DNA of 64,000 nt from Eledone cirrhosa (lineage: Eukaryota), in assembly GCA_964016885.1 (NCBI GenBank), contig OZ024757.1, forward strand, positions 13,764,001 through 13,828,000, given 5' to 3'. Below the pieces are notes generated by a model. That model saw only the letters and a program-made list of their open reading frames with translations, made no database searches and was not told the DNA's origin. Numbering within the stretch: the first letter of the stretch is position 1; the number at the start of each line of letters is the position of its first letter. Both the position numbers and the translations under genes were made by a program. Shown one piece after another: positions 13,942 to 27,107 of the stretch.

Positions 13942-13969
13942 TAGAATTGGTGCTCTGAAATATATATAC

Positions 13970-14007
<38 letters not shown>

Positions 14008-14016
<9 letters not shown>

Positions 14017-14423
14017 TAAACAAATAATGAATAAAACAATGAAACAGTTCCTTATATTAAACAAAAAAAGTTCATTATTTAACGATCGTTTCTAGGATAT
14101 ATATGTGTTAGAATTGGCATGCATATTCAACAGATCTATGTACAAAATTATACAAAATTATACAAACTATCAAGATTAAATATACATACCAACACATATA
14201 TACGCCGTCTTCAGAAATAATGACGGCGTATATATGTGTTGGTATGTATATTTAATCTTGATAGTTTGTATAATTTTGTATAATTTTGTACATAGATCTG
14301 TTGAATATGCATGCCAATTCTAACACATATATATCCTAGAAACGATCGTTAAATAATGAACTTTTTTTGTTTAATATAAGGAACTGTTTCATTGTTTTAT
14401 TCATTATTTGTTTAATATTTTAT
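14008..14423. repeat. 415 bp fold-back in (TA)n
   Basis: Arms reverse complementary around TCTTCAGAAATAATGA. Confidence 0.92.
14075..14220 (-). ncRNA. Type I hammerhead with very long stem-loop II
   Basis: Minus: TTATTT CTGAAGA cgg..tatatatgtgtt...aacacatatata..cc ta GAAA cgatcg TT AAATAA. Confidence 0.75.
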
Positions 14424-14554
14424 CTTGACTCTGTATACCGTTTATCTTTCACCGAAAGTGATTTTTCATTACATCTCTTCTTTCCATGATATCCGGAATA
14501 CATTGAGTTCTTCATACGGATTGGACACTACCGTAAACTCTTGGTAGATTTATC

Positions 14555-14591
<37 letters not shown>

Positions 14592-14636
14592 CGTAAAATA
14601 AGAAAATTATAAAATTAACTTACTTACTAAAAAATC

Positions 14637-14719
14637 ACTTCCAACTAATTAGTTTCTGGAATGGAGTAAATATATTTTCCGAAGAAACATATCGAAAATC
14701 ATTCCGTCATCAGGAAAGT
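14637..14719 (-). ncRNA. Type I hammerhead ribozyme
   Basis: Minus: ACTTTC CTGATGA c ggaatg...cattcc a GAAA ctaattag TT GGAAGT. Confidence 0.85.
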
Positions 14720-15161
14720 CTTTTTCCGTGTAAGTCTCCAGGCATAGCGAGGACTCTGGAAACTTATTAAAAAAATAATTCAGTGGAAAGGAAATAGCGA
14801 AGCGTGGACTGGATTCCTAGCCATTGAGAAAATCACTGCCTCTACGTCTGTGGCAAATTCAAAAAGAATCGATCACGTGACATCGAGGTCAATCAGTGGA
14901 AAGCGAGTGGTTAATAAGACAGCGGCCAGCCTACCACCATAGTAGCAGTCATGGCCAAATATTGCTCGACAAATGAATTGGAGATAATTATAAGGAATTT
15001 ATATCTAGTAACATTTATATACACACAGATGCATATCAATGCTAGCAAATATATAGGTTTTGTCTTATTAACATTGTGGTTCAATGCATGGGGTTGCAGA
15101 ACAATAATATGAGAGACGTAAAATAAGAAAATTATAAAATTAACTTACTTACTAAAAAATC

Positions 15162-15244
15162 ACTTCCAACTAATTAGTTTCTGGAATGGAGTAAATATAT
15201 TTTCCGAAGAAACATATCGAAAATCATTCCGTCATCAGGAAAGT
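15162..15244 (-). ncRNA. Type I hammerhead ribozyme (second tandem copy)
   Basis: Same sequence as 14637-14719, 525 bp away. Confidence 0.85.
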
Positions 15245-15430
15245 CTTTTTCCTGATGACGGAATGATTTTTTAGTAAGTAAGTTAATTTTATAATTTTCT
15301 TATTTTACGTCTCTCATATTATTGTTCTGCAACCCCATGCATTGAACCACAATGTTAATAAGACAAAACCTATATATTTGCTAGCATTGATATGCATCTG
15401 TGTGTATATAAATGTTACTAGATATAAATT

Positions 15431-15501
<71 letters not shown>

Positions 15502-15755
15502 CATACATGTGTGTGTGGGTATATGAAATATTATACACTCATACATAAAGTACATTTGATGGAAAGATCTCAATACGCGAAACAAAGTATATATCTAAAT
15601 AGGTATGTATACACAGACACACACTCATATATATATATATATATGTATATATGTGTGTGTGTGTGTGTGTAAAATGTAAACAGAAATAACAATACATTCG
15701 GTACAGTATTTGGAAGGAATATATTAGTTTAACGCTTGAAATAGCAGGAAGAGGG

Positions 15756-15791
15756 TCTTAACGTTTCGGACGCCAGTCCTTCTTCAGAAGA
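15756..15791 (-). ncRNA. Minimal type I hammerhead ribozyme
   Basis: Minus: TCTT CTGAAGA a ggac tggc gtcc GAAA cg TT AAGA. Confidence 0.8.
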
Positions 15792-15884
15792 AAGAAGGAG
15801 AAATTAGAAAGATTGAAAGGACGGGCGGCGTGGAATCGGGAAAAAATGCTTTTAGAGAAAAATAACAGGTCCATTCATGTTGCC

Positions 15885-15942
<58 letters not shown>

Positions 15943-15947
<5 letters not shown>

Positions 15948-17390
15948 TTGACTCTCTAAACTGCCGTTCACTCACATCCTACTTCTCCCGTGAGGAGCTC
16001 AACATGTCAACAAGTATATCAAGACGTACAACATTGCAATTGTATGTATTCAAGAACATTGATTTATCCACAATGAAAACGATCCAGATATAATTGCCCA
16101 TAACATCAACAAGAACATTCTGTTTACTGCATCAGTAACAAAAAAGTCATCGGTGCTGCAATTAGAGGAGTTGGTTTGACAATACAATCATACCTCCTTC
16201 CTCAACTTACAAAGGTAATTAACACTTTAGCACTTTGGCAAACCGGCCATGTCCAACCAGAATTCTCTCACCACTTTCTGTTCAAACTGGACGTAATTGG
16301 CCACTCATACTGATGTTAAGGTATTGTTCTCAAAATAAATAATATCAAAATCTTATAGATATGATATTGTGTGAGATATTATGTAAGATAAAGACTTTAC
16401 TGTGTAAATACAATAAATATAGAGTAATGTAAATGCTAAAGGGTTAAAGTTTCCACCACCTTTCTTGTGTTGACCTGACGCGTCAAACCTCCAGTACCCC
16501 CACAGGGATGACCAGATTGTCACAGCAGTATTCAAGAGAAATCCCCAAACTGTTGTGATAAGTTGCTATTCACCCCAGAATCATTTACCGGAAGAGGAAG
16601 TCGGACAGTTTTCCCATCAACTGAATGCTACTGTCTCTGAAGTACCCCCAACATACCATGCTAATTATTGGAGGAGACTTCAACGCACAAATTCGAGGCA
16701 AATATTCATACCATCAGTCTACTATCAGAAACAGGACATTTCTTGAAGAGTTTCTGCATCAACATAATCTCCTAGCTGGAAACACCATTTTCCAGGAACC
16801 GAAACGGAAACTGTGGTCTTGGAGACATCCAGCTGGGTATCTTTTCCAAATTGATTTTATCAATTACAGGAAACGATGGAGAAACATCAGTTATAATTGT
16901 CAGGCATATACTTCCTCTGCAGTCATAAGGGGAGATTACAACATCATCGCAGCCAAAGTTAAACTTAGTCTTCGCTCAAACAGGAAATTCAGTGAGAAAC
17001 AGTTTTATTGGAAGTCGCCAAGGGAAGATGTCAACCTTGTAAGAACAATTGACGACTCAATTGCTGATAAGTGTGAATCTTTGCCAGCTGTAGAGAAAAA
17101 ATTATATTTCCTTTGTATCCATAATGAATGGGTGACGAAAAACTATCAAGATGACTCCGTCGAACCACACCCACGGTGGAAAGTGAAGCAATGGATACAG
17201 TCAGAAGTGACATCCTCAAATCTACAGTTTCTGATGAACAGCATCACCAGAGAATTCAGCACTGTACATTTAATCATCTGGAGGAGGGAAGAATCAACCA
17301 AACCTTGTCTGATTTTGAGAATAGACCCAACACCAACAAGGCAACCAGAGAAACTTGGTGACTCATAAAAGAGTTTTCTGGTACGAAGAA
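15943..17390 (+). pseudogene. Decayed non-LTR retrotransposon, APE endonuclease region
   Basis: Motifs across frames: SLNCRSL, IVCIQEH, RGVG, VVISCYSP, IIGGDFNA, WSWRHP..QIDFI, GDYNII; stops and frameshifts. Confidence 0.85.
16219..16447. mobile_element. piggyBac-type MITE inserted in the LINE
   Basis: TTAA-CACTTTAGCA ... TGCTAAAGGG-TTAA. Confidence 0.8.
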
Positions 17391-17417
17391 GAGGAAGAAT
17401 GTGGTATATATCCGCGC

Positions 17418-17665
17418 TGTGTCCTTGAACAAGACACTTTATTTCCCGTTGCTCCAGTTTACTCAGCTAGCAAAAATGAGTTTTACTTGTAATTCGAAAG
17501 GCCAGCCTTGTCACATTCTGTGTCACAACGAATCTCCCTGAGAACTACGTTAAGGGTACACGTGTCTGTGGAATGCTCAGTCACTTGCACGTTAATTTCA
17601 CGAGCAGGCTGTTCCGTTGATCGGATCAACTGGAACACTCGTCGTCGTAACCGACGGAGTGCCTT
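17418..17665 (+). mobile_element. SINE family B (CORE-like domain), 5'-truncated
   Basis: GTGTCCTTGAACAAGACACTTTATTTC...; matches 43050-43268. Confidence 0.8.
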
Positions 17666-17894
17666 CCTTCCCCAATTAGACCATCAAGCCCAGAAGTTTT
17701 GCTTGGTTTCATTGCCTTTAGTGTATTTGGTATTTATTTGAGCAAATGGGCCCCGGCGGACAGAATGGAGAAGACGTTTCCCCGGAGGATGGTAAGGGAG
17801 AGGCGTTGGAAAAGCCATTCTATCTCGCGAGGCTCACACCTGCGGTTGGCCAGCTCAGCGAGTGAGAGAGAAAGTGAGAGAGAAAGAGAGAGAG

Positions 17895-18767
17895 AGAAGC
17901 CTGACATTATTTATGTAAGCGGACGGTACTTGATTTAGGAGCCGCAGAAACCCATATACTGGATTTTACCAACCTTCCAGGGTAAATTTTCAATACCCGA
18001 ATTACTTGATCGTTTTTTTGGGGGCTATGCGAGTGATTGTTTAACCATCGTCTCAGTGTGTTTGGCCTTTAACGTTTGTTATAGCTCTGGTTCATCTGAA
18101 TCATTGAGCTCTTGCCGCACATCTCGGAGGTTGTTTTTCGTTATTTCGTGGATCGAAATGCGAATCTCGATAATTTATGTTTGTATTATTCTCCAGACTC
18201 TAGCTATTGACCAGTTAATTTTCTTGATTTTATAGTTGATTCTATTGACTGATGAATAGCTTATGTTAATTTTAACCCTTCTGTTGAGAACTCTATTCGA
18301 TGTGTGATGTTTTTGCATTCTTGCAAAAATATACACAACTGAATCCATTCGCCTGATATAGGGGTTGCCTCCTTTGCCGATCCCCACGTGGGGTCAGCAA
18401 TAGTCAGTCCTTGTATTAACATTGAACTAAAACCTGTTGAGAAAATGGCTTCCTTGTTCAATCATCTTACCAGAAGCCTGACATTATTTATGTAAGCGGA
18501 CGGTACTTGATTTAGGAGCCGCAGAAACCCATATACTGGATTTTACCAACCTTCTAGGGGTCCGGGTAAATTTTCAATACCCGAATTACTTGATCGTTTT
18601 TTTTTTTGGCTATGCGAGTGATTGTTTAACCATCGTCTCAGTGTGTTTGGCCTTTAACGTTTGTTATAGCTCTGGTTCATCTGAATCATTGAGCACTTGC
18701 CGCACATCTCGGAGGTTGTTTTTCGTTATTTCGTGGGCCGAAATGCGAATCTCGATAATTTATGTTT

Positions 18768-18770
<3 letters not shown>
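17895..18770. mobile_element. Repeat family K, ~1.5 tandem copies of a ~580 bp unit
   Basis: AGAAGCCTGACATTATTT at 17895 and 18472; ends in (TA)n. Confidence 0.85.
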
Positions 18771-18803
<33 letters not shown>

Positions 18804-18841
18804 CTCCGGCCGTTTCGACAGCTAGATCCGAACTATGTATG

Positions 18842-18876
<35 letters not shown>

Positions 18877-21354
18877 CGGGGTCGATAAAATATATACCAG
18901 TAATACACTGGGATAATTGCTGGCCTTTGCCAAAAGTAGAAACAATTATATATATATGTGTGTGTGCGTGTGTGTGTCTGTGTGTATTTCTGTGTGTGTA
19001 TATATATATATAGATGTGTATGTGTGTGTGTTTTCTCTCTTCCTCCGTGGGACTGTTATTTTTTCCTTGCGCAGAGAGGAAAAAAATTAGGCAGGTCGCT
19101 TGTTATTTTGACAGAGACAAAAAAACACGCACTTTCACACTTATACACACATATATATAGATATAAATATATATCTATATATATACACCCATATACATAC
19201 ATACATACACAGCAGAACCCCATTAACACTAACAACACCAGCAAGAAGTGAGGGAAGAGAGGACAAAAGGCAAATAGTGAGGGTGATCGAAAGAGAGTGA
19301 GAAAAGGAAAGAGAGTAAGAAAGAGATTGAGATAGAGAGTAAGGGAGCGATGGAGAGGGAGAAAGAGAAAGAGAGAGTAAGAAAGAGAAAGAGGGAGAAG
19401 CAAAAATTAAGGGAGTAAGGGAAGAAAAGGCAACGATGTTATAACAAAAATTTCAATAATAATAATAAATTGTCGATAAGAGAGGGAGAGAGAGAGAGAG
19501 AGAGGGTGATCTGCTGCTCCCACCATAACTCACTAGTCAGGCAGACACATGCTTATACATCAGATAAACACACACACACACACAGACTTGTAAGTACATA
19601 TACACATATTTATATGACACACACACATACTTATACATCAGATAAACATACACACAGACTTGAACATACATACACACATACTTATATGACAGCCACACAT
19701 ATTTATACATAGATAAACACACACACATTTGTACATACATATACATAAGCGTGTGCCTATAGACGGCATACATATATATATATATATACACAAACTTATT
19801 CGACAAATACACAATCGGACACATATATGCACACAAGCGTGTACATATAGACGTACTTATACGACAAATAGACACGAACAATCACACAGGCGTGTATACA
19901 TACCCAGACGACATAGGCATTCTCATACAAACACAAACATCCACATATATATACACACACAGACTCTAATTTCCATTGGGCTGGAGAGTAGGAGTGACAA
20001 AAAGTTTTTTTTTTCTCTCGTTTAAAAAAGTTTTCTTTCTTTCTCATTGTCAAAAGCATGGAGCTTGGTCCTCTCTTAACAGCTTTAATAATTTATTAAT
20101 ATTATCAACAAGGCGAGGGAAAAATTCCAAAGAAAACCACCCCACTAAAAAAAAAACGAAAACAAAAAGCATACGAGCTCTAATAATTAATTCTAATGAT
20201 TTTTGTATTAGTTATATCAGAAAACAAAGCAGGATGAATACCACAACACACTCCTCTCATTTATTTCAAATACAAATTCGTGGCCTTTTACCCTAAATGA
20301 AAGAAAAATAACATTAATAATAGTAATAATTATAATAATTGTTTCTACTTTTTGGCACAAGGCCAGCAATTACCCAGTGCAAATAATCTTAATTTTTCGT
20401 CCCTTTTTAAAGCAACGTGGGTCCCTAATTCTTTTCTCCCTTTTGTTTGTTTTTCTGTCCTATATATCTAGCTTCCGTTAGCCCCACCACCACAGATAAT
20501 TGATCGAAAAAAGTTTCTAAATTCGCTGGAACGAAGTTTACGACTTAGTCACCCCTTTTCTGCTTTGTAACGACATACCCCCCATCGTCTTCTCAGATCA
20601 GTCCCTACTACCACCACCATCATCACCACCACTACTACTGCTATTACTACCACATTTCATCACATTGTAAACCCCGTTTAAAGGTATATATATATATACA
20701 TCGAATACATATACCGCTACATATATTTACACATATTTCTATAAAAATCATATATATATATACACACATAATCATAATCACACATATATATATATTGTAT
20801 ATATATATATATATATATATATACATCGCATTGTTATACATACCGTGGAGTATTTCATTTTGGATATTTATACACGCTACACTCACATCTTTCTATCACA
20901 ATCTCTGATATATATATATACATATATCTTTATATATATATTCATGTATATATAGTTATTTACATATATACATACACACATATATCATCTATAAATGTAT
21001 ATATAGTTATTTACATATATACATATATCTTTCTGTCTGTATTCTGCCTGGAAAGTTTTACAACCTTATGTATCTTCAAAATATATTAAATATATATTAT
21101 ATATAATATATTATATATAGTATATATATATATATATGCCATACACTTTCGGATTATTATGCTTTTTATTGGACGGCGCTGTGTACTTTTGGTGTTTACA
21201 TGGACGGTACTCTTACTACATACCCTTATCCAAGGTAAGTCTTTTATTATTAATACTATTTACCACAACAGTTTCCCCTCTGTTGAACTTTTTCAAGTAT
21301 CATTTCTGTTACCTTGTATCTATCATCCTTCTGCCAATACATGTTATTAGTATT

Positions 21355-22852
21355 CGCTGAGGTTAGCTTTGTCTGTCATCCTTACGGGGTCCATAAAATA
21401 AAGTACCAGTAATGCACTGAAGTCGATTTAATCGACTTTCCCTTCCCCCCAAAAATTGCTTGCCTTGTGCCTAAAGTTGAAACGATTATTATTACTTCCA
21501 CCGAGGTTAGCTTTGCCTTTCATCCTTACAAGATCGATAAAATAAAGTACCAGTAATGCACTGGGGTAAATTTAATCGACTTTACCCTCTCCTTCAAATT
21601 ACTGGCCTTGATCTTAAAGTAGAAACAGTTATTACCTTTCATCTATCTGGGGGGGGGGGGGATCGATAAAATAAAGTTAAATACTGAGGTCGATCTAATC
21701 GACTTTCCCTTTCGCTAAAATTGTTCGCCTTGGGCCTAAAATCAGAAACCATTCTTTGCCTTTAATCCTTATGGGGTCGATAAAATAAAGTACCAGTAAT
21801 GCACTGGGTAATTGCTGGCCTTGTGCCAAAAGTAGAAATAATTAATATTACCGTTCATCTATCTGGGGGGTAGGATCGATAAAATAAAGTGCTAGTTAAG
21901 TACTGGGTTGATAGAATCGACTTTCCCCTTCCCTCCCAAATATGCTGTCCTTGTGTCAATGTTAGAAATAATTACTATGGATGGCAGAGGGGGGGGGGGG
22001 GGGGGGTATTGTCAGAATCTTTCGAACATCGGAAAAATGTTTAACTCGACATTTTGTCACGACATTTTACGTTCTGAGTTCAAATCTCGCCGGGGTCAAC
22101 TTTTTTTGCTTTACATCTTTCCCGAGGGTCGATAAAATAAAGTACCAGTTAAGATATTTAGAGTTGACACTGCACTCAGTGGTTGTGTGGGAGTCTCTGC
22201 ACGGACACATTCGATGAGGGAGACCGAGGTTGACATATGTTGATACTCTAAGGACAGACACTGGTCTCCGGGAGACGCAGGACATGGCGGCGATGATGAA
22301 GGACAGAGACGGCTGGAGAGAACTCGTCCATGGATCTCGGGAATTTTACCCGCGCCTAGATAGATAGATAGATAGATAGATTAAGTATTGGGGATTTAAT
22401 ATAATCGACTCTCCATCATAACCACCATTAAAATTGTTGCCCTTGTGCCTAAATACAACATGTTTAGAAGTATTTAGTCACGACATTTTACGTTTTGAGT
22501 TCAAATCGCGCCGAGGTCAGCTTTATTTGCATTTCATCTTTCCCCGGGTCGATAAAATAAAGTGCCATTTAAGTATTAGGGATTGATATAATTGACTCCC
22601 CGCCACCACCACCACCACTTTACCACAATCACCACCACCACTAAAATTGCTGGCCCTCTGCCTAAATCATAAACAAGCTTAGCAGCAATTTTTACTTGAG
22701 TTCAAATCATTTTACTCAGAGTTCAAAGCCCGTCGGTAAAATAAAGTACCATTCAAGTACTAGGGTTTAATATAATCGACTTTCCGACCATCATACCATC
22801 CATCACCACCATTAAAATTGCTGGCCCTGTGCTTAAATCAGAAACCACTGTT
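21355..22852 (+). mobile_element. Head-to-tail cluster of degenerate SINE A copies
   Basis: About 8 repeats of GATAAAATAAAGTACCA...AATCGACT...AAATTGCTGGCCTTGTGCC. Confidence 0.85.
22172..22380 (+). mobile_element. LINE 3' end with (TAGA)n tail, nested in a SINE
   Basis: Encodes WESLHGHIR*GRPRLTYVDTLRTDTGL..MKDRDGWRE; second copy at 39563-39730. Confidence 0.75.
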
Positions 22853-22995
22853 ATGAATGTCGAATGTCACAACCGTTAGAGAGTCAGATAAAAAAAGTTT
22901 TGGTGAATTTATTCATTTATTTCGTTTCTCTAACTTTCTGGGTTATGTTACCACATTCATCCTTCTGGAATTGATAAAATAAAGGTACTCGGATA

Positions 22996-23365
22996 CTCTC
23001 AGGTCCCGAATAATCGCTCTCCACCTCCGGCACTTACTAATTTAAAAGATTTTTTTCCAACCCCCCATCCTCGTTTATTTATCAAATTTTGCTAATCTAT
23101 CTTCTACAAATTTTTTATTTTAATTGGTAGCATTCCTGCGACATTTGATTTTCTTTATACATTAAAAAAAAACAAAAAGCAAAAGTATATTACTAGAAAT
23201 CCCATGCGTTATAAAATAAATAGAATGGGTTGGGGGGTCTCAATATGTAAACTAAACGACTAATTCTGGTTTTTAAAAAAAAAATCAACGGAGGCAACCT
23301 AGAAAAATTACTGATTTTCCAACCCACTCGCTTATCTCCTTCCCCCCTTATTTGGGACCCGAGGG
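22996..23365. mobile_element. TA-flanked MITE (Tc1/mariner-like)
   Basis: TA-CTCTCAGGTCCCGAATAA ... TTATTTGGGACCCGAGGG-TA. Confidence 0.65.
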
Positions 23366-23479
23366 TACCAGTTATGTAGAGATATGATGGTGGTGGTGGT
23401 TATGGGGTAATTTAATTTAATCGTCTGACTCCTTTACCCTAAATTTCTCGTCTTGTCCCCATTGTGAGACATTATTATG

Positions 23480-24180
23480 GAAGGGTCGGACGCCATGCTT
23501 TGACGCATAGAGTTACGGCCCTTGCCATTCTGAGTTCAAATCCCGCCGAGGTTAACTTTGCCTTTCATCCTTACGGGGTCGATAAAATAAAGTACCAGTA
23601 ATGTACTGGGTAATTTCTGGCCTTGTGCTAATAGTAGAAACAATTATTATGGAAGGTGGATTGGCAGTATCGGTAGAGGGTCGGACACCATGCTTTGCAG
23701 CATAGAGTTACGGCCCTTTCCATTCTGAGTTCAAATCCCGCCGAGGTTAACTTTGCCTTTCATCCTTACGGGGTCGATAAAATAAAGTACCAGTCACACA
23801 CTGGGGTCGATTTAATTGACTTTCCCTCTCCCCCAAAATTACTTGCCTTGTGCCTATACTAGAAATCATTATATGCTTTGCAGTATAGAGTTATGGCCCT
23901 TTACGTTCTGAGTTCAAATCCCGTCGAGGTTAGCTTTGCCTTTCATCCTTACGGAGGTCGATAAAATAAAGTACCAGTAATGCACTGTGGTCGATTTAAT
24001 CGACTTTCTCCTCTCCTCTCCCTCAAATTGCTGACCTTGTGCCTAAATCAGAACCCATTATTTACGTTCTTTACTTTCTGCGTTCAAACCCTGCTCGAGT
24101 CGCCTTTAATTTTTGTCTTTCCTGGGTCTCGATTAAATAAACCCCCAGTCAATTGCTACTGGTGGACAATTTAATCGACT
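23480..24180 (+). mobile_element. Tandem SINE A array (3-4 units)
   Basis: Repeated GAGTTCAAATCCC B-box plus family A core. Confidence 0.9.
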
Positions 24181-25937
24181 AACTCTTCTTTTTTTTTACC
24201 CTAAATTTGTGTCCTCGTACTTATGAAACACATAGTTATTAAGTACGAAAAGCCAGCAGTGGATGGATGACAGACACTGAAGAACTTGCAGCTTGCTGGA
24301 AAGAAATTCCTTGGCATATATATTTTTTTTCTTAGGTTTCTTAACGTCCTGGATTATTCAAACACGTTGTTTAGTCAACTTTTATTTGACAGTAAGTACC
24401 AGTTACGTACTGAGGGCGGGCACGATATCGATTATAAACATTACCGTATTTACCATTGTGCTTAAGTGTGCTCAAACATTGGCCAGAGGAGCGAGGGGGC
24501 ATCTCTCCTGCCCCTAGAAATGTTTACGATGAATTTTTTTACGAGTAAGCGGCCTCATAACTTAACTAGCACAGGGCCCCATTTGTCCTAAATCCTGCAC
24601 TGACTATAAATATTGTGTATTTGTAATTAGGAGTTTTAAGGATCGGTGTAATAGAAAAAGATATATATATTTTTTTAATTCTAGGGCTAACTGGATTATA
24701 GATTTAGTTAGAATTTTTAAATTACCAGTTACGTGTTGGGGGGACACGATATCGACTATAAAGATTGTGTATTTATATTAGAAGTCTCGAGGATTAGTGT
24801 AATTAGTAAAGATTTTAAAATATTTTAGGGCTAGTTAGTTAATTTATAGATTTGGGTAGAATTTTGGAGGTGAAATCTTTTTTTTTCCTATGATTTTTGA
24901 CGCGTTTTGTATTGATGTGGCCCTTCAAAATCGTCATAAATTACTCGTTCTTGTGGTCTCCCCAACTCAAGAATTCCATAACACTCGTCTCGGATACGGG
25001 TGTAATAATAATGAAAAAAAAACCCCCTAAAATTACTGTCATTTTTTATTAGTTTTGTAGTGTTACCCGAAAACTGGGTCTTCAGATTTGCTTAGTATTC
25101 AGATGTTAAATATATTCCCGCCTGTCTATTATTTCACACCGGTTAAATCAATCGTATCAGTGTAAATATTTCTTTCCGGTTACAAACAGATTATCAAAAA
25201 GACAGGTGGTGAATTGGGACAGTTGTGACTGCATTCCGGTGCACTGCGGCCTAAGTTCAAATCCTGTCGAGGTCAGGCTTTTTATTTTATAGCTTCGGGG
25301 TATGAGGGAGGGGCTGATGAAATAAAATTCAGTAGATTCTCCGAATTGTTATATATATATTTGTGTGTGTGTGTGAATGTACACACACACACATATACAC
25401 CGGCTCTATGCATTTTGAGTTCAAATCCCGATTTAGTCTTCCACCTAGTTTCGCACCACCACCTGCCAACATTCCTGCTAGACCGGGCTCCAGTTTAAGG
25501 ATACTTTCCTCCTTGTGTACCATTCGTCTTTCCCCGAGATATTTCCCGTCCATGTTATTAAGAAAAGTGTTTATCTTTGGGAAAAAATGTCTCTTCTTGA
25601 CTTAAAACATTAAAACGGCAATATATATATATATATATATAATATAGATGAGATTCTACAGGACTAGAACTGTTTCATTCATTAGAAATCATACTTACTG
25701 TGGTTACCTCCGATTCAACCCGGAATAACGTATATATATATATATATATATATATATACTTAATACATTAACAGAGAAAGCTTTTAGCTATACTCCGACC
25801 AACTCCCATCTCACTCAACAAACATTAGGATATACCTGAGTATAATCACAATTATACGTTTGGGGTGCTAACTATATTGTATTTCGTGTTTAGTCGGCTG
25901 TATTATTTTATGAGACATAATTAAATAAATCTCTCTT

Positions 25938-26040
25938 TCCATACGATCGTTTCGTTATAAGATTTCTACAAGGTGGGAAAATAATGTCCAAGTTATGTAG
26001 AAGCTTGCATATAATCCATAGATATCCATTTATCAGTGGA
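25938..26040 (-). ncRNA. Degenerate hammerhead (CUGAUAA core, long stem II)
   Basis: Minus: TCCA CTGATAA ... GAAA cgatcg TA TGGA. Confidence 0.55.
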
Positions 26041-26150
26041 TGCCCAGGTGATATCAATATAAAAAACTACATTGATATTAATATTCAGCGATGGTCTCCG
26101 TCAGTGTTAGAAGGACCGCTAAGTTTGAAAGTCCAGCAGTCCTTCAAAAA

Positions 26151-26184
<34 letters not shown>

Positions 26185-26197
26185 GGTTTTTAATTTA

Positions 26198-26365
26198 AGC
26201 ACAAGGCCAACAATTTTGGTGGGAGGGGAAAGTCGTTTAAATTGAGTCCTCAGTATTTGACTTGGTATTTTATTTTATCGACTTCGGCAAGATGAAAGAC
26301 AAAGTTGACCTCGGCGGGATTTGAACTCAGAACGCAACGAACCGTGACTAAATACCGCAAAGCAT
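26198..26365 (-). mobile_element. SINE family A
   Basis: Reverse complement of core and B-box. Confidence 0.8.
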
Positions 26366-26510
26366 TTTTTTATTTTTTATTCGACGATAAACCTTAAGAA
26401 TGAAAGGTGTCAACTGTATTAGTCAGGCACAAGCTGACTACTATTGTTGATATCCACTATTAAAATTTGACTATTGGTCCATATTTTTTCCCTAACTTGA
26501 TCTTCAATGG

Positions 26511-26710
26511 CAGACTTGCCAACCTCTAAAAACCCAAACGGGGAGTACCACAAAAAAAAAAATGTGCCTTAAAACAGGAAGAAATGAGGCAAAATGGGGA
26601 GATTCTTACATAATGAAAGTTATACCCATTTTCACTTGAGAAGATATCTCTCATCTACCCCAAAGTGGGTGGGAGATCTCCCCGTCGGATGGGAGGAATT
26701 GACATGTCTG
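26511..26710. mobile_element. Non-autonomous DNA transposon with apparent 6 bp TSD
   Basis: CAATGG-CAGACTTGCCAA...TTGACATGTCTG-CAATGG; relative at 40176-40485. Confidence 0.7.
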
Positions 26711-26892
26711 CAATGGTGGCGTCCACCATCAAAATCTGACTGACCACTTGCTAACACATAACTACAGTTTAATGTATATTTTTAAACATGGTTTCCTCAG
26801 AACTTCTATAATTTTTTTATTATTATTGAAATTTTGTAGATATGTTTACGAATATGTAAATAACGATTATCTTGATAAATTTTAAAAGATAA

Positions 26893-26924
<32 letters not shown>

Positions 26925-27107
26925 CATAATTCATATTTGTAGAAAATAAATTAAGTTTTCGTGTATAACAATCTATGTCATTATCTAAATTGATATTGTT
27001 TTATCGACATGAAATTGGAAAGTATAATGGGAAATTTTCTGAATTTACGTTTATCCTTACAACAAACACAAATAAATCGCAAGTATTCAGTAAATGAAAG
27101 CATTAAC

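Larger units (their letters stand above)
14584..15436 (-). mobile_element. 525 bp-unit tandem element with two hammerheads plus an inverted arm
   Basis: ATGAGAGACG at 14584 and 15109; ~15247-15436 is inverted with a deletion; flanked by (TA)n. Confidence 0.85.

Noticed and set aside
16625-17368. Intact 247 aa gene
   Set aside because: Fragment of a LINE endonuclease disrupted by frameshifts, stops and a MITE.
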